A DNA stretch of 64,000 nucleotides from the human T2T-CHM13v2.0 reference genome, Homo sapiens. The position numbers were made by a program, and so were the translations under genes. The notes below the pieces were generated by a model. That model was given only the letters and a program-made list of their open reading frames with translations, was not told the DNA's origin and ran no database searches. Location of the stretch: assembly GCF_009914755.1 (NCBI RefSeq), contig NC_060934.1. One strand, given 5' to 3'. Below are positions 28,956 to 48,145 of the stretch, piece after piece (the first letter of the stretch is position 1; every line of letters begins with the position of its first letter).

Positions 28956-31654
28956 GCTCTCCCTCTCCCTCTCCCTCTCCCTCTCCCTCCCCCTCCCTCT
29001 CCCTCTCCCTCTCCCTCTCCCTCTCCCTCTCCCTCCACGGTCTCCCTCTGATGCCGAGCCAAGGCTGGACGGTACTGCTGCCATCTCGGCTCACTGCAAC
29101 CTCCCTGCCTGATTCTCCTGCCTCAGCCTGCCGAGTGCCTGCGATTGCAGGCGCGCACCGCCACGCCTGACTGGTTTTCGTTTTTTTTTTGGTGGAGACG
29201 GGGTTTCGCTGTGTTGGCCGGGCTGGTCTCCAGCTCCTAGCCGCGAGTGATCCGCCAGCCTCAGCCTCCCAAGGTGCCGGGATTGCAGATGGAGTCTCGT
29301 TCACTCAGTGCTCAATGGTGCCCAGGCTGGAGTGCAGTGGCGTGATCTCGGCTCGCTGCAACCACCTCCCAGCCGCCTGCCTTGGCCTCCCGGAGAGCCG
29401 AGATTGCAGCCTCTGCCCGGCCGCCACCCCGTCTGGGAAGTGAGGAGCGTCTCTGCTTGGCCACCCATCGTCTGGGATGTGAGGAGCCCCTCTGCCTGGC
29501 TGCCCAGTCTGGAAAGTGAGGAGCGTCTCTGCCCGGCCGCCATCCCATCTGGGAAGCGAGGAGCGCCTCTTCCCCGCCGCCATCCCATCTAGGAAGTGAG
29601 GAGCGTCTCTGCCCGGCCGCCCATCGTCTGAGATGTGGGGAGCACCTCTGCCCCGCCGCCCTGTCTGGGATGTGAGGAGCGCCTCTGCTGGGCCGCAGCC
29701 CTGTCTGGGAGGTGGGGAGCGTCTCTGCCCGGCCGCTCCGTCTGAGAAGTGAGGAAACCCTCTGCCTGGCAACCGCCCCGTCTGAGAAGTGAGGAGCCCC
29801 TCCGTCCGGCAACCACCCCGTCTGGGAAGTGAGGAGCGTCTCCGCCCAGCAGCCACCCCGTCCGGGAGGGAGGTGGGGGGGGTCAGCCCCCCGCCCGGCC
29901 AGCCGCCCCGTCCGGGAGGTGAGGGGCTCCTCTGCCCGGCCGCCCCTACTGGGAAGTGAGGAGCCCTTCTGCCTGGCCAGCCGCCCCATCCGGGAGGGAG
30001 GCGGGGGGGGGGGGGGGTCGGCCAGCTGCCCCGTCCGGGAGGGAGGTGGGGGGGTAAGCCCCCCGCCCGGCCAGCCGCCCCGTCCGGGAGGTGAGGGGCT
30101 CCTCTGCCCGGCCGCCCCTACTGGGAAGTGAGGAGCCCCTCTGCCCGGCCAGACGCCCCATCCAGGAGGGAGGTGGGGGGGTCAGCCCCCCGCCCGGCCA
30201 GCCGCCCAGTCCGGGAGGGAGGTGGGGGTTCAGCCCCCCGCCCGGCCAGCCGCCCCATCTGGGAGGGAGGTGGGGGGATCAGCCCCCCGCCTGGCCAGCC
30301 GCCCCATCCGGGAGGTGAGGGGCGCCTCTGCCCGGCCGCCCCTACTGGGAAGTGAGGAGCCCCTCTGCCCGGCCAGCCGCCCCGCCCGGGAGGGAGGTGG
30401 GGGGGTCATCCCCCCACCTGGCCAGCCGCCCCATCCGGGAGGGAGGTGGGGGGGTCAGCCCCCTGCCCGGCCAGCCGCCCCGTCCGGGAGGGGGGAGGGG
30501 GGGTCAGCCCCCTGCCCGGCCAGCCGCCCCGTCCGGGAGGGAGGTGGGGGGGGTCAGCCCCCCGCCTGGCCAGCCGCCCCGTCCGGGAGGGAGGTGGGGG
30601 GATCAGCCCCCCGCCTGGCCAGTCGCCCCGTCCGGGAGGTGAGGGGCGCCTCTGCCCGGCCGCCCCTACTGGAAAGTGAGGAGCCCCTCTGCCCGGCCAG
30701 CCGCCCCGTCCGGGAGGGAGGCGGGGTGGGGGGGGGGGGTCGGCCAGCCGCCCCGTCCGGGAGGGAGGTGGGGGGGGTCAGCCCCCCTTCCGGCCGGCCG
30801 CCCCGTCCGGGAGGTGAGGGGCGCCTCTGCCCGGCCGCCCCTACTGGGAAGTGAGGACCCCTCTGCCCGGCCAGCCGCCCCGTCCGGGAGGGAGGTGGGG
30901 GGGACAGCCCCCCGCCCAGCCAGCCGCCCTATCCAGGAGGTGAGGGGCGCCTCTGCCCGGCCGTCCCTACTGGGAAGTGAGGAGCCCCTCTGCCTGGCCA
31001 GCCGCCCCGTCCGGGAGGGTGGTGGGGGGGTCAGCCCCCCGCCCGGCCAGCCGCCCCATCCGGGAGGTGAGGGGCGCTTCTGCCCGGCCGCCCCTACTGG
31101 GAAGTGAGGAGCCCCTCTGCCCGGCCACGACCCCGTCTGGGAGGTGTGCCCAGCGGCTCATTGGGGATGGGCCATGATGACAATGGCGGTTTTGTGGAAT
31201 AGAAAGGCGGGAAGGGTGGGGAAAAAATTGAGAAATCGGATGGTTGCCGGGTCTCTGTGGATAGAAGTAGACATGGGAGACTTTTCATTTTGTTCTGTAC
31301 TAAGAAAAATTCTTCTGCCTTGGGATCCTGTTGATCTGTGACCTTATCCCCAACCCTGTGCTCTCTGAAACATGTGCTGTGTCCACTCAGGGTTAAATGG
31401 ATTAAGGGCGGTGCAAGATGTGCTTTGTTAAACAGATGCTTGAAGGCAGCATGCTCGTTAAGAGTCATCACCACTCCCTAATCTTAAGTACCCAGGGACA
31501 CAAACACTGCGGAAGGCCAAGGCCGCAGGGTCCTCTGCCTAGGAAAACCAGAGACCTTTGTTCACTTGTTTATCTGCTGACCTTCCCTCCACTATTGTCC
31601 TATGACCCTGCCAAATCCCCCTCTGCGAGAAACACCCAAGAATGATCAATAAAA

Positions 31655-31697
<43 letters not shown>
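28956..31697 (+). mobile_element. Full-length SVA retrotransposon (probably human-specific SVA_E-like), same orientation as SH2D4B
   Basis: (CCCTCT)n head at 28957-29035, Alu-like domain, GC-rich VNTR at ~29410-31140, SINE-R, AATAAA at 31648-31653 and a long A tail. Perfect 11-bp TSD ACAAAATTCCC (28945-28955 and 31698-31708). Subfamily judged by eye from the SINE-R variant GTGTGCCCAGCGGCTCATTGGGGATGGG. Confidence 0.97.
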
Positions 31698-31699
<2 letters not shown>

Positions 31700-32245
31700 A
31701 AAATTCCCATCAATCTTCATTTCTGTCCAGAGTCAGAGCTTCTAGAAGGCAAGAACTGTGTCTCATTCACTGCTGACTCCCAGGTGCCAAGTTTGGGGCC
31801 CGGCTTCTAGATGGTGCTTCATACATATTTATTAAAGGGAGGAAGAAGAAAAGGAAGAAAAGGAAGGAAGCGGGGAGAGAAAATGTTCCTGGAAACTATA
31901 GGAAAAACAATGTTTACCATTGTCTGGGAATGAGAACTGGCTCAGAATCAATCTTCAGTTGCATTCTCCAATATTCATTCTAAAATTGTCACCCTGGAGC
32001 GTTGGCTGGTTAGGCTGCATCCCTTAGCCAGGCCCAGTCATTAGCAGAGTGAGGAAGTTTCAAGGACTCGGACAGTATGCTAGCTCCCCAGCTGGAAGGG
32101 GTGAGGTAGGGCCTTCCCCTGTTTCCTCAGCCAGGAGGTTGTAGGGTGCTCAGAAGAAGCAGAGGTGGGTGATGATTCATGCTTAATTCCCAGACCCTCT
32201 GTAGTTGGCTGAGAGGCAATCCAGGGGGAGAGAGAGATCAGAGGG

Positions 32246-32593
32246 TGATATGGTTTTGCTGTGTCCCCACCCAAATTTCATCTTGAATTCCCACGTGTTC
32301 GGGAGGGACCCAGTGGGAGGTAATTTGAGTAATGGAAGCAGGTCTTTCCTGTGCTATTCTCGTGATAGCAAATAAGTCTCATGAGATCTGTTGGTATTAT
32401 AAGGGGGAGGTTCCCCACAGAAGCTCCTCTCTTTGCCTGCTACCATCCACGTAAGATGTGAGTTGTTCCTCCTTGCCTTCTGCCATGATTGTGAGGCCTC
32501 CCCAGCCATGTGGAACTGTAAGTTCGATAAACTTTTTTAAATTGCCTAGTCTCAAGTATGTCTTTATCAGGAGCATGAAAACGGACTTATACA
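32246..32593 (+). mobile_element. THE1-family MaLR solo LTR
   Basis: TGATATGGTTTTGCTGTGTCCCCACCCAAAT...AACGGACTTATACA with perfect 5-bp TSD GAGGG. Confidence 0.92.
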
Positions 32594-32760
32594 GAGGGCA
32601 AAGTGAATGGGGAAGGAAAACATAGGTTCTCCTTGCAAGCATCCTATGCTAATTCTCTTGAGGGGTTGGGTTTTCTATGGAATGCTGTTTGCTATCCTGA
32701 ACTATGAGGTTATATTACCTTTGGTTTTGTGCCAAATTGCAATTTTGATTTCTAGGCAAA

Positions 32761-33497
32761 TGTATTAGGCCATTCTTGCATTGCTATAAAGAAATACCTG
32801 GCCAGGCGTGGTGGCTCATGCCTGTAATCCCAGCACTTTGGGAAGCTGAGGCGGGTGGATCATGAGGTCAGGAGTTTGATCACCACCAGCTTGACCAACA
32901 TGGTGAAAGCCCGTCTCTACTAAAAATACAAAAATTAGCCAGGCATAGTGGCGCATGCCTGTAATCCCAGCTACTCAGGAGCCTGAGGCAGGAGAATTGC
33001 TTGAATCTGGGAGGTGGAGGTTGCAGTGAGCCGAGATCGTGTCACTGCACCCCAGCCTGGGTGACAGAGCGAGACTCTATCTCAAAAAAAAAAAAAGAAA
33101 AAGAAAAAGAAATACCCAAGACTGGGTAACTTACTAATATATAGAAAAGAGGTTTAATAGACTCCCAGTTCTATAGGCTGTACAGGAAATATGGCCCTAG
33201 CATCTGCTCGGCTTCCAATGAGGCCTCAGGAAGCTTCCTATCCATGGTGGAAGGCAAAGGGGAAGCCAGCATATCACATGGCGAGAGGGGATGCAAGAGA
33301 GAGAGAGTGAGGGGGAAGATCCTACAGACTTTTAAACAACCAGATCTCACAAGAACTCACTCACTATCCTGAGGATGGCATCAAGGAGATGGTGCTAAAC
33401 CATTTGTGAGAAATCACCTCCCACTAGCCCTACCTCCAACACTGCAGATGATAATTCAACATGAGATTTAGAGGGGACACACATCCAAACTATATCA
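32761..33497 (-). mobile_element. MST-family MaLR solo LTR interrupted by an Alu
   Basis: TGTATTAGGCCATTCTTGCATTGCTATAAAGAAATACC [Alu] ...ACATCCAAACTATATCA. Near-TSD GCAAA/GCAAT. Confidence 0.88.
32800..33105 (+). mobile_element. AluS nested in the MST LTR
   Basis: Full dimer, A tail, TSD AAAGAAATACC. Confidence 0.92.
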
Positions 33498-35296
33498 GCA
33501 ATATCAAAAAGGAGGCAGAATTCACAGAGACCTAGACAGTCTCCCAGAAATGGCCCAGCTAAGTTTATGGTGCTGAAGTCACCTTCAGCAGCCTATGTTT
33601 GAGAGAATTGAGTGTGTGTGTGTCAGGGGTTGTGGTGGGGGACACAGCCTGACAGTCCTGTGACCATTGCAGCTACCAGCACCAGGCAGTTTGCAGCACT
33701 AACACATGTGTAGAATACTTAGTGCATCCAATGCAGCTAGTTATATTGTATTAGATATTTATTGTGATTTTTAAGCACTGTGCTAAACGTATTCATGCAT
33801 TAACTTATTCATTCTCAAACAGCCGTAAGACATAGCTATTAATATCAATACCACTTAATAGATGAGGACCTCAAACTCGGTTTCAGAGAGGTTGAAGTCA
33901 CCTGCTCTCAAGGCTACCCATGGAACAAGTCCCGGGTTATGATTTGTGTCCATGCTCTTCATCACTGCTGCAGAATCCCTGCCAATGTCCCAGGCATGGA
34001 GGATGTAAAGATGAGTTGTCTGTGTCCGTCAGGTCTTCCATGAAGCAGAAGATGAAAGACTGATTGGAGGAAATGCCTGTGAAGGACAAAGGGGGAGGGT
34101 GCTGGAGAAGGTGGGGAGAGTCTTCAGAACACGGTACACATCTGACACCTGTGGAGGGAGAGAGGGAAGAAGGATGATTGGTAAGTGAGCCTGCTCCTGG
34201 AGTACAGCTCAGAGAAAAATCTTGGCCAGGCTGATTGAGAGCCCCAGAGCAAAGACTGCCTGCTAGAGGAATCTTGCTTTGGGTAGGAATGGTGGCTCTA
34301 GTACCCCTGTGCCCTGCCCTTGACTGGAAGCACCCTAGGGAGAACATGACCCCATGGAGGATCCTGAAGGGCATGATGCTGCTCCCAGCAACAGGTCTCT
34401 GTCTTGGAGGGAGGCCTGGGCTGCTTGCTCCCATGGCAGCCACAGGCCCCAGCCTTGAGCGGCTCATAGCCTATTTACTAATCTACTGTGGGGTTTTGGC
34501 AGGATGTTGTGAAAACCCAAATGTGGGATATCCAAGACAGTCTCCTGGGAGATAAAGGATTTCCTGATCAGCTGAGCAGGTTGCACACTGAACTGGGGGA
34601 CCTGAGGGGTGGGGATAGTTGGGGAGAACAGAGGATTGATGTGCAGGCACTGCCTTTCCCAATCAAGCTATAGGCTTTGTGGTTTTGGCCCAGAGAGGCA
34701 CATTTTTCTAATTCAGTTACTCAGGTCATCTTTTCCTAACTTGCACAAAGGTAGAGTGTAGGCTGCCCATAGCCCATGATTCTGGGGAGAGAAGAGGATG
34801 GGGCTTTCAATGAGGAGTCAGGGTCAGCTGGAGTGAAGGGGGCTGGGATGTGGCCTCAGTCCAAGGTCGGCTTGTGGGGAGCAGCCAGTACCAAACAGTG
34901 CGATGAGCCCAGAGGGGTAGGTTGAGGCAGGGCATAGAGCCTGCTGTCTGCTGTGCCTGAGCCTGGGCTCTGCTGGAAGTCAGGGGAAGCTGCTCAAGGG
35001 TTTTAGGTGGGTGAGACACATAACATCGTCACTTTGGTATTACTGGTCGTTTTGGCATGTTAAAAGTCAAGTCCACAAAATAACGTGTTGGCAAGTGTTG
35101 GAGGAAAGAGACCCCTTGCACATTCTCTTAAAGCATGAAAATACAAATTAAAATAGAAGTACCCCATAATCTCAGCAACCCCATTACTGGGTATTTATTC
35201 AAAGGATATGAAATCAGTATGTCGAAGAGATATCTATACTGCCATGTTGATTGTAGCATTATTCACAATAGCCAAGATAGGGAATCAATGGAAGTG

Positions 35297-35604
35297 TTTG
35301 TTTATTTATTAATGTATTTTTGAAATAGAGCCTTGCTCTGTTTTCCAGGCTAGAGTATAGTGGCATGATCATAGCTCACTGCAGCCTTGAATTCCTGGGC
35401 TCATGTGATTCTCTCACCTCAGCCTCTTGAGTAGCTGGGACCACAGGCATGTGCCACCATGCCCAACTAATTTTTTATGTTTTTGTAGATTCAGGGCCTT
35501 GCTATGTTGCCCAGGCTGGTTTTGAATTCCTGGGCTCAAGCGATCCTCCCACCTTGGCCTACTAAAGTGCTGGTATTATAGGCATGAGCCACCACACCAG
35601 GCCT
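35297..35604 (-). mobile_element. AluJ-like element
   Basis: GATCATAGCTCACTGCAGCCTTGAATTCCTGGGCTC J-type motifs. Confidence 0.85.
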
Positions 35605-35997
35605 AACCTAAATGTCTATTAACAGTTGAATGGATAAAGAGATGTGGTGTATGTGCACAATGGAATAGTATTTGGCCTTTAAAAAGAATGAAATCCTGTC
35701 ATTTGTGACAACATGGATGAACCTAGAGGACATTATGCTAAGTGAAATAAGTCAGGCACAGAAAGACAAATACCTCATGATCTCACTTATATGTGGAATC
35801 TAAAAACATTGAACTTACTTACAGAAGCAGAAAGTGGAATGGTGGTTACCGGGGCTGGGAGAGGCAGGCACTGGGGAGATGTTGGTCAAAGGACATAACA
35901 TTTCATTTAGACAGGAGGAATAAGTTCAAGAGATCTATTGTACAGCTTGGTAACTACAATTAATGATATATTATATACTTGAAAATTGCCAAGAGAG

Positions 35998-36314
35998 TTT
36001 TTGTTTGTTTGTTTGAGACGGGGTCTTGCTCTGTCACCCAGGCTAGAGTATGGTAGCATGATCACACATCACTGCAGCCTTGAACTTCTGGGCACAAATG
36101 ATCCTCTTGCCTCGGCCTCCCAAGTGGGTGTAGCATCTTCATGCCCAAGTTATTTTTAATTTTTTTGTGGAGATAGTTGTCTCCACAAAAAGTGTGGAGA
36201 CAACAACATGGGCTATGTTGCCCAGGCTGATCTTGAACTACTGGGCTCAGGTGATCCTCCCACCTCAGTCTCCCAAAGTGCTGAGATTACAGGTCTGAGC
36301 TATTGTACCCAGCC
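35998..36314 (-). mobile_element. AluJ-like element with an internal fold-back rearrangement
   Basis: J-type motifs. Abnormal segment at 36162-36212. Confidence 0.85.
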
Positions 36315-38037
36315 AAGAGGGTAGATTTTTAAGTGTTCTTACCACAAAAAATATGTGAGGTAAAGCGTATGTTAATCTTAAGTAGATTGATTTAGCCATC
36401 CCGCAGTGCATACATATATCAAAATGTCATGTACACCATAAATATATATAATTTTTATTCATCAATGAAAAAGTAATAAACGTTACAATAAAGATACTTG
36501 TTTAAAAGAAAAAAAGTTGAATCGTATATAATTTGACTGTAGTCTCCCACCCTAGTAACACTCCCCTCCTCTCCAACCCTAGCCCCGCTACCATATCAGC
36601 TTGAGGTGCTTGGAGTGGGGATGAGGGTGACATCTTCTGGTCCCTCTTCCTCCCAGGCCCTGGCCCTGCGTCTGGCCCCCCTTACTTATCTCCCTGCTGC
36701 AGCCTCTTTTAGGGCCCGGGTGTTCTGGTGTTGGGGCAGGGAGGTAGGTGAAGGACAGTGCCAACTTTTGAGGGATCCTGGACTTTCCCTTCCGGTCCTC
36801 TTTTGTCTGTCCCTACTTTTTTGCATGAAGCCCCCAAGGCCTTCTGGGGGGAAGCAGCGGGGTGCATCCTCCCTCTTGCATGGGCCAGTGTTTATTTTTC
36901 AGGTGTCCTGTGGCGAAAGGGCTCCTCACTTCCTTCCTTGTCTTACTCTTCTTCCTTTTCTGCTTGTAGAGCTTGGCTGGGGAGGGGTGGCTGGCTTGGA
37001 TGCCTCTTGCTGTAAATCCTGGGCAAGGAGGAAATAGGTGGCCCCTGGTTGCGCCAATTGTCTTTAAAGGGTGCAGCATTTGGCAGTGTGGTTGCCTCTG
37101 TGTCCTATGCCTTGGGCACAAGGGAAGTCTCGAGTGTGCCCTGGGAGGCAGGAGAGTGATGGGAGGGGAGCCTGACTGCGGCTCGCTCGGGAGTGGCTTC
37201 GGGGATTGGGGAGAAGTCACAGGTGTGCTGAGCCTCTCAGGGTCATGGAGATGGGCAGCCCAGCCACTCTGTCCCCATGCCTGTCACTGATAGTGTGGAA
37301 AGGGTAAGTCCATGGGTGAGCAAAGGGACAATGTGTTGCAATTCACCTCTCCTCCAGAATAACAGATGCTAACAGGATCCAGCATCTCCACAGCTATTCT
37401 CTATGTATGAAATGAGTTTGAATACTTTATTCAACTTGAAAGTCATAACATACCTTCTAAGTATTTGGGTTATGATCATCTAAATGTCAAAGGACACTGG
37501 AGACCTTGAGGGCTTGGCTGGAAATTCCATAGCCAGGTTGGCAGAGGTCGGGGGTGGGGGTAATCCAGGTCTTCTGGCTTCCCCTCCTCTTCCCACCTAC
37601 TTGCCTCTGGAACCTGTTCTACATCACGCCTCCTATATCACCCAGATGACAGCGGCTTCCTGAGAGCATTTCAGGGGATTGCTACCAGCATATCAACGAC
37701 TCCAAGGCCAACCAGAATTCCAAATTGTGATGAAACTGCATTGTGTAGGAGTGCAAGTCCTTAGAAAGTTTTGATCTCTGAGCTGAAGTGAAGCTTGATT
37801 CTATGCCCCTATTAAGAAACTTTTTGCCTGGTGTCCACAGGTATTTGGAAGAAGTCTTTTTACTTTTTAAGGGAAACCCCTATTTTTAGGTGCTTATTTA
37901 TGGTACTAGAGAAATAAGTGAGTTAGTCATCAGCAGCCATTCTGGACTAGTCTTTAAAGCAGGCCTCTTAAGGCTTTTCACAAGCCTGTTGACTTATATT
38001 TATAATCAATAATGCTATAATCACAGCTCACTACTAA

Positions 38038-38829
<792 letters not shown>

Positions 38830-39842
38830 TGAGTGCTCCCTCCTGTTAACACAAGGACTGGATGATCATCCCTTTCTCCAAGCCTGGGTCTCATCTCCAA
38901 CTCATTCCCAAGAACGTCTCTCATGAGGACCTCCAAGCCAGACCTCTAGCAGCTTCTGAGAGTTAGCTGAAGTGCAGTAGGCAACCCTGTGATTAGAGAA
39001 GCTTTTCTAGTGGTGGAGTTACCATGTCTCTTATTTGAACTCCAGCTTAACCACTTAGTACATGTGTGACCTTGAGCCAGCACCTTAGTCTCACCAAACG
39101 TCAGCGTCCTAGCCAGGCAAATGGATGTGAATAATACTTAGCTCAGACCCTGTGAGCATTAAATGAAGTCAAGTACAGAGCAGCGCTTTGTGACTGTGAA
39201 GTGCTTATGGAAAGTCTTGTTTCTCAGCATTCTTTTTGTTATTTGTCCTCCTGCCATGGACCCTATATTGGAAAAGATGTTGTCTTCCAAGCAGTGTATG
39301 TAGTAAGAAGCAACGTTTATGTTCGTGTGGCCGTTGGCATCATTAGTAACTGGGAGAAAGCCAGAGGTGGAACTCAGTGACCTGGAAGGGCAGGACGAAG
39401 GATTCCGAGGGGCAGAGTGGTGGTAGCTCCGGCGTCCGACATCTAACCAAGCTTTGTGGGTGTAGATGGTTTCACAGAATGACTTGACGGTCTCACTGGG
39501 GTTTTGGTATAATAGGGACTCTTAGGTTTGTATTGCTTTCTCTTTGTCTCTTCATGGAAGTCCCTAGAAATTCAGGGACAGCCCTTGACCTTATGAATAA
39601 TACACATGGAGAATCACCCATTCACAGATACTCGGGCACTGAGTGTGGAGTACTGCCTGGAAACTGGACTAACCAGGATCAAGGTTGATTTCTACGTGTT
39701 GGAAAGAGCCTTCTAACAGAGGAAAGCGAAAGGGAGGGGATGTGAGGACATTGACACATTCTCTGTGTCAAGCACTGAACCTATTGCTCTACATCCATGC
39801 TCTTATTTAATCTTACCAATAGATCTGTGAGGGAGGCATCTT

Positions 39843-45568
<5,726 letters not shown>

Positions 45569-46161
45569 TGAGGGAGGCATCTTAACCCCATTCCACAGAT
45601 TAGGAAACCAGGGCTAAGTTTTCATGGTTAGGACCAAGAGTTAAGCCTCAGGCTGTTTGCCTCTAAAGAATGTACTTTTTCCACTAAACCATATTGTTTG
45701 CTTTTCCTGTATAATAGAAGCTGCTTTAGCAATGATGAGCTCCTTGTCCCTGGAAGTGTTTCAAGCAAAGGATAAATGCTCCTCACTCAGGACAGATTCC
45801 AGAGAAAGGCTAGACCAGAGATCTCTGAAGATCTTTATTCTCTTCCACATCAAAACCTTTGAGACTCACAGTTTCATTTCTAACACTAAGGAGAGATATC
45901 ATTTATGCCAATGTGGAGATCTGGTGGCCAACTTCTATCAATTAAAATTTTAATTACACAATTAGTTCATGATTACATTCTAAGAAAAATCAAATACAAT
46001 ACAAAGTGAAAGCCTCATTCATTTCAAGTCTCTATTTCTGTCCTCTACTTTGATTATCAATTTGCCATGTATCTTATCTAAGTATCTCCTGAGCAGTAAC
46101 ATAAAAACTTATGTATATAAGGAAATATATAGTTTTGTTATTTTCCACATAAGTTCGGTAG

Positions 46162-46347
<186 letters not shown>

Positions 46348-46639
46348 TGACTTGATTTTTTAACATGCTTACTAAATAATTGAATGCAGTTTTAAAAAGC
46401 ATGGTCCCTAGAATGAGGCTGCTGAGTTTTAAATTCTAACTTATGTGTTTGACTTTGGACGACTATTTAGGTTTTGCACCTTAGTTTCCACCTTAGTAAA
46501 GTGGGTTTAATAGTAGCACTCAACTCTTCAGGTCACTGTAAGGTTTTAATGAAACATCACTGTGTGAAGTGCTGAAACAATATACCTGACACTTGTAATT
46601 TCAGGACATGCTGGCTGTCATTCAGATATATCTATGAGC

Positions 46640-47175
46640 TCTTCCTATGTTAATCCGTATACCAAACCTTGTAAATGCCATGTGGAATTCCATGGTATGG
46701 ATGCATATTACAGTTTAATTACCCATTCTCCTTTTGATGGCCACTTATCTGGCTTCCGATTTTTCATGATCTTGAACAGTGCTGTAGAGACTTCCCTGTG
46801 TGTCACTATGGATACATGTGCAGTATTTCTCTAGGATGGGTCCTGGAACTGGAATTGCTGGAGAGAAGAGTATGCACATTTTAATTAGAAAAGATCTGCC
46901 AGATTGCCCTCCAAAAATATGGTGCCAGTTCAGTCTCCTGCCAAAACTATATGCGGCTGTTTCCCCGCACTGCTGCCAACACTGGGGCCTATCAATCATT
47001 TCATTTTTCTCCATCAGATGGGCAGACAATCTACTGTGGTTTAGTTTGCATTTGTCTGATTACCACTGATGCTGAGGATCTTTTCACACGTTTCACGGCC
47101 ACTTGGATTTCTTCTGTGAATCATCCTTTCGTATTCTTTGTCCATTTTTCCATTAGGATGTGTCTTTCTTTTTGA
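46640..47175 (-). mobile_element. Ancient L1M fragment
   Basis: CCATTCTCCTTTTGATGGCCACTTATCTGGCTTCC...GGAATTGCTGG...TGTGGTTTAGTTTGCATTTGTCTGATTAC pattern. Confidence 0.65.
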
Positions 47176-48052
47176 TGTGACATTTCTTTCAGCTGCTGAA
47201 TTGCTTTTTAGTTATGAGCATTCTGCTTTTCAGTTCTTCTACTGAAATTTTTTCCTTTTAATTTAAATGGTCATGCTTTTGGTTTCCAGGTTCTTTAAGT
47301 GGTTCTTTTTTTTTTTTTAAATAATGCCCATTCTCGTTTCATGGATGACTTATTTCTTATTCCGCTGAGGAGAGATTAATGCACATCTCTTAAAGCCTCT
47401 TCTGTTTGCTTTATAGACTTGATATTTTCCTGGAAATCATTTCTATTGTTGAGTTCAGCCTCTTTCTTTTATGGTTATAATTTTGCTTAAATGCCTATAA
47501 ATTTTAGGCTATGAAGCGATCTTCCAACTTTAAATTTTCTGTCTATCATGAGTGGATACAGTCTTGTTTCCCAAATTCAGTGTCTTCATGCTGTAGGGGT
47601 TGGAGTTGACCGTGAGTGGCTCATCTTTTGGGCGTGGGACTGTCTGAACTTTTTGGGTCTCTTGGGGCTTCCAAGGAACCGTGTGCGTCTCCTCATTCCC
47701 CGACCTGCTTGAGGCAAACACCTACTGGAGTCCCTCAACTCTTCCTCGGCTTGCTGTAACTGGTGTCCCACATTGACTCCTCTGACAAGCCCCTCCTGCG
47801 TGTCTTTTGTTTTTCAGGGATTCTTGAATATGTTTCACTTTGTCGATGACAAAGTTTTTTTTTTTCCAGTACTTTTTATGAATTTATTTCTTTTTAAAGG
47901 CAGCTCTTTTTTCCTGTCATTTCTAGAAATCTGAATGAGAGGAGACAAATGCATATTCTTAGTTTCTCTGTCTTGAACCACTCTCTCTCTCTCATAGATG
48001 TGTATTTCCCTGTCTTGATTATAAGTGGATTTTCCTTTTTTTTCTGTTTTAG

Positions 48053-48145
<93 letters not shown>

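Larger units (their letters stand above)
35075..36512 (+). mobile_element. Old L1 3' end (L1MA-like) interrupted by two Alus
   Basis: Degenerate ORF2 C-terminus (GCATTATTCACAATAGCCAAGATA, GACAACATGGATGAACCTAGAGGACATTATGCTAAGTGAAATAAG), L1M-type 3' UTR and A-rich end. Confidence 0.8.

Noticed and set aside
28924-31645. Many Pro/Gly/Arg-rich ORFs up to 225 aa
   Set aside because: They are translations of the GC-rich SVA VNTR and Alu-like domain. SVA is non-coding.
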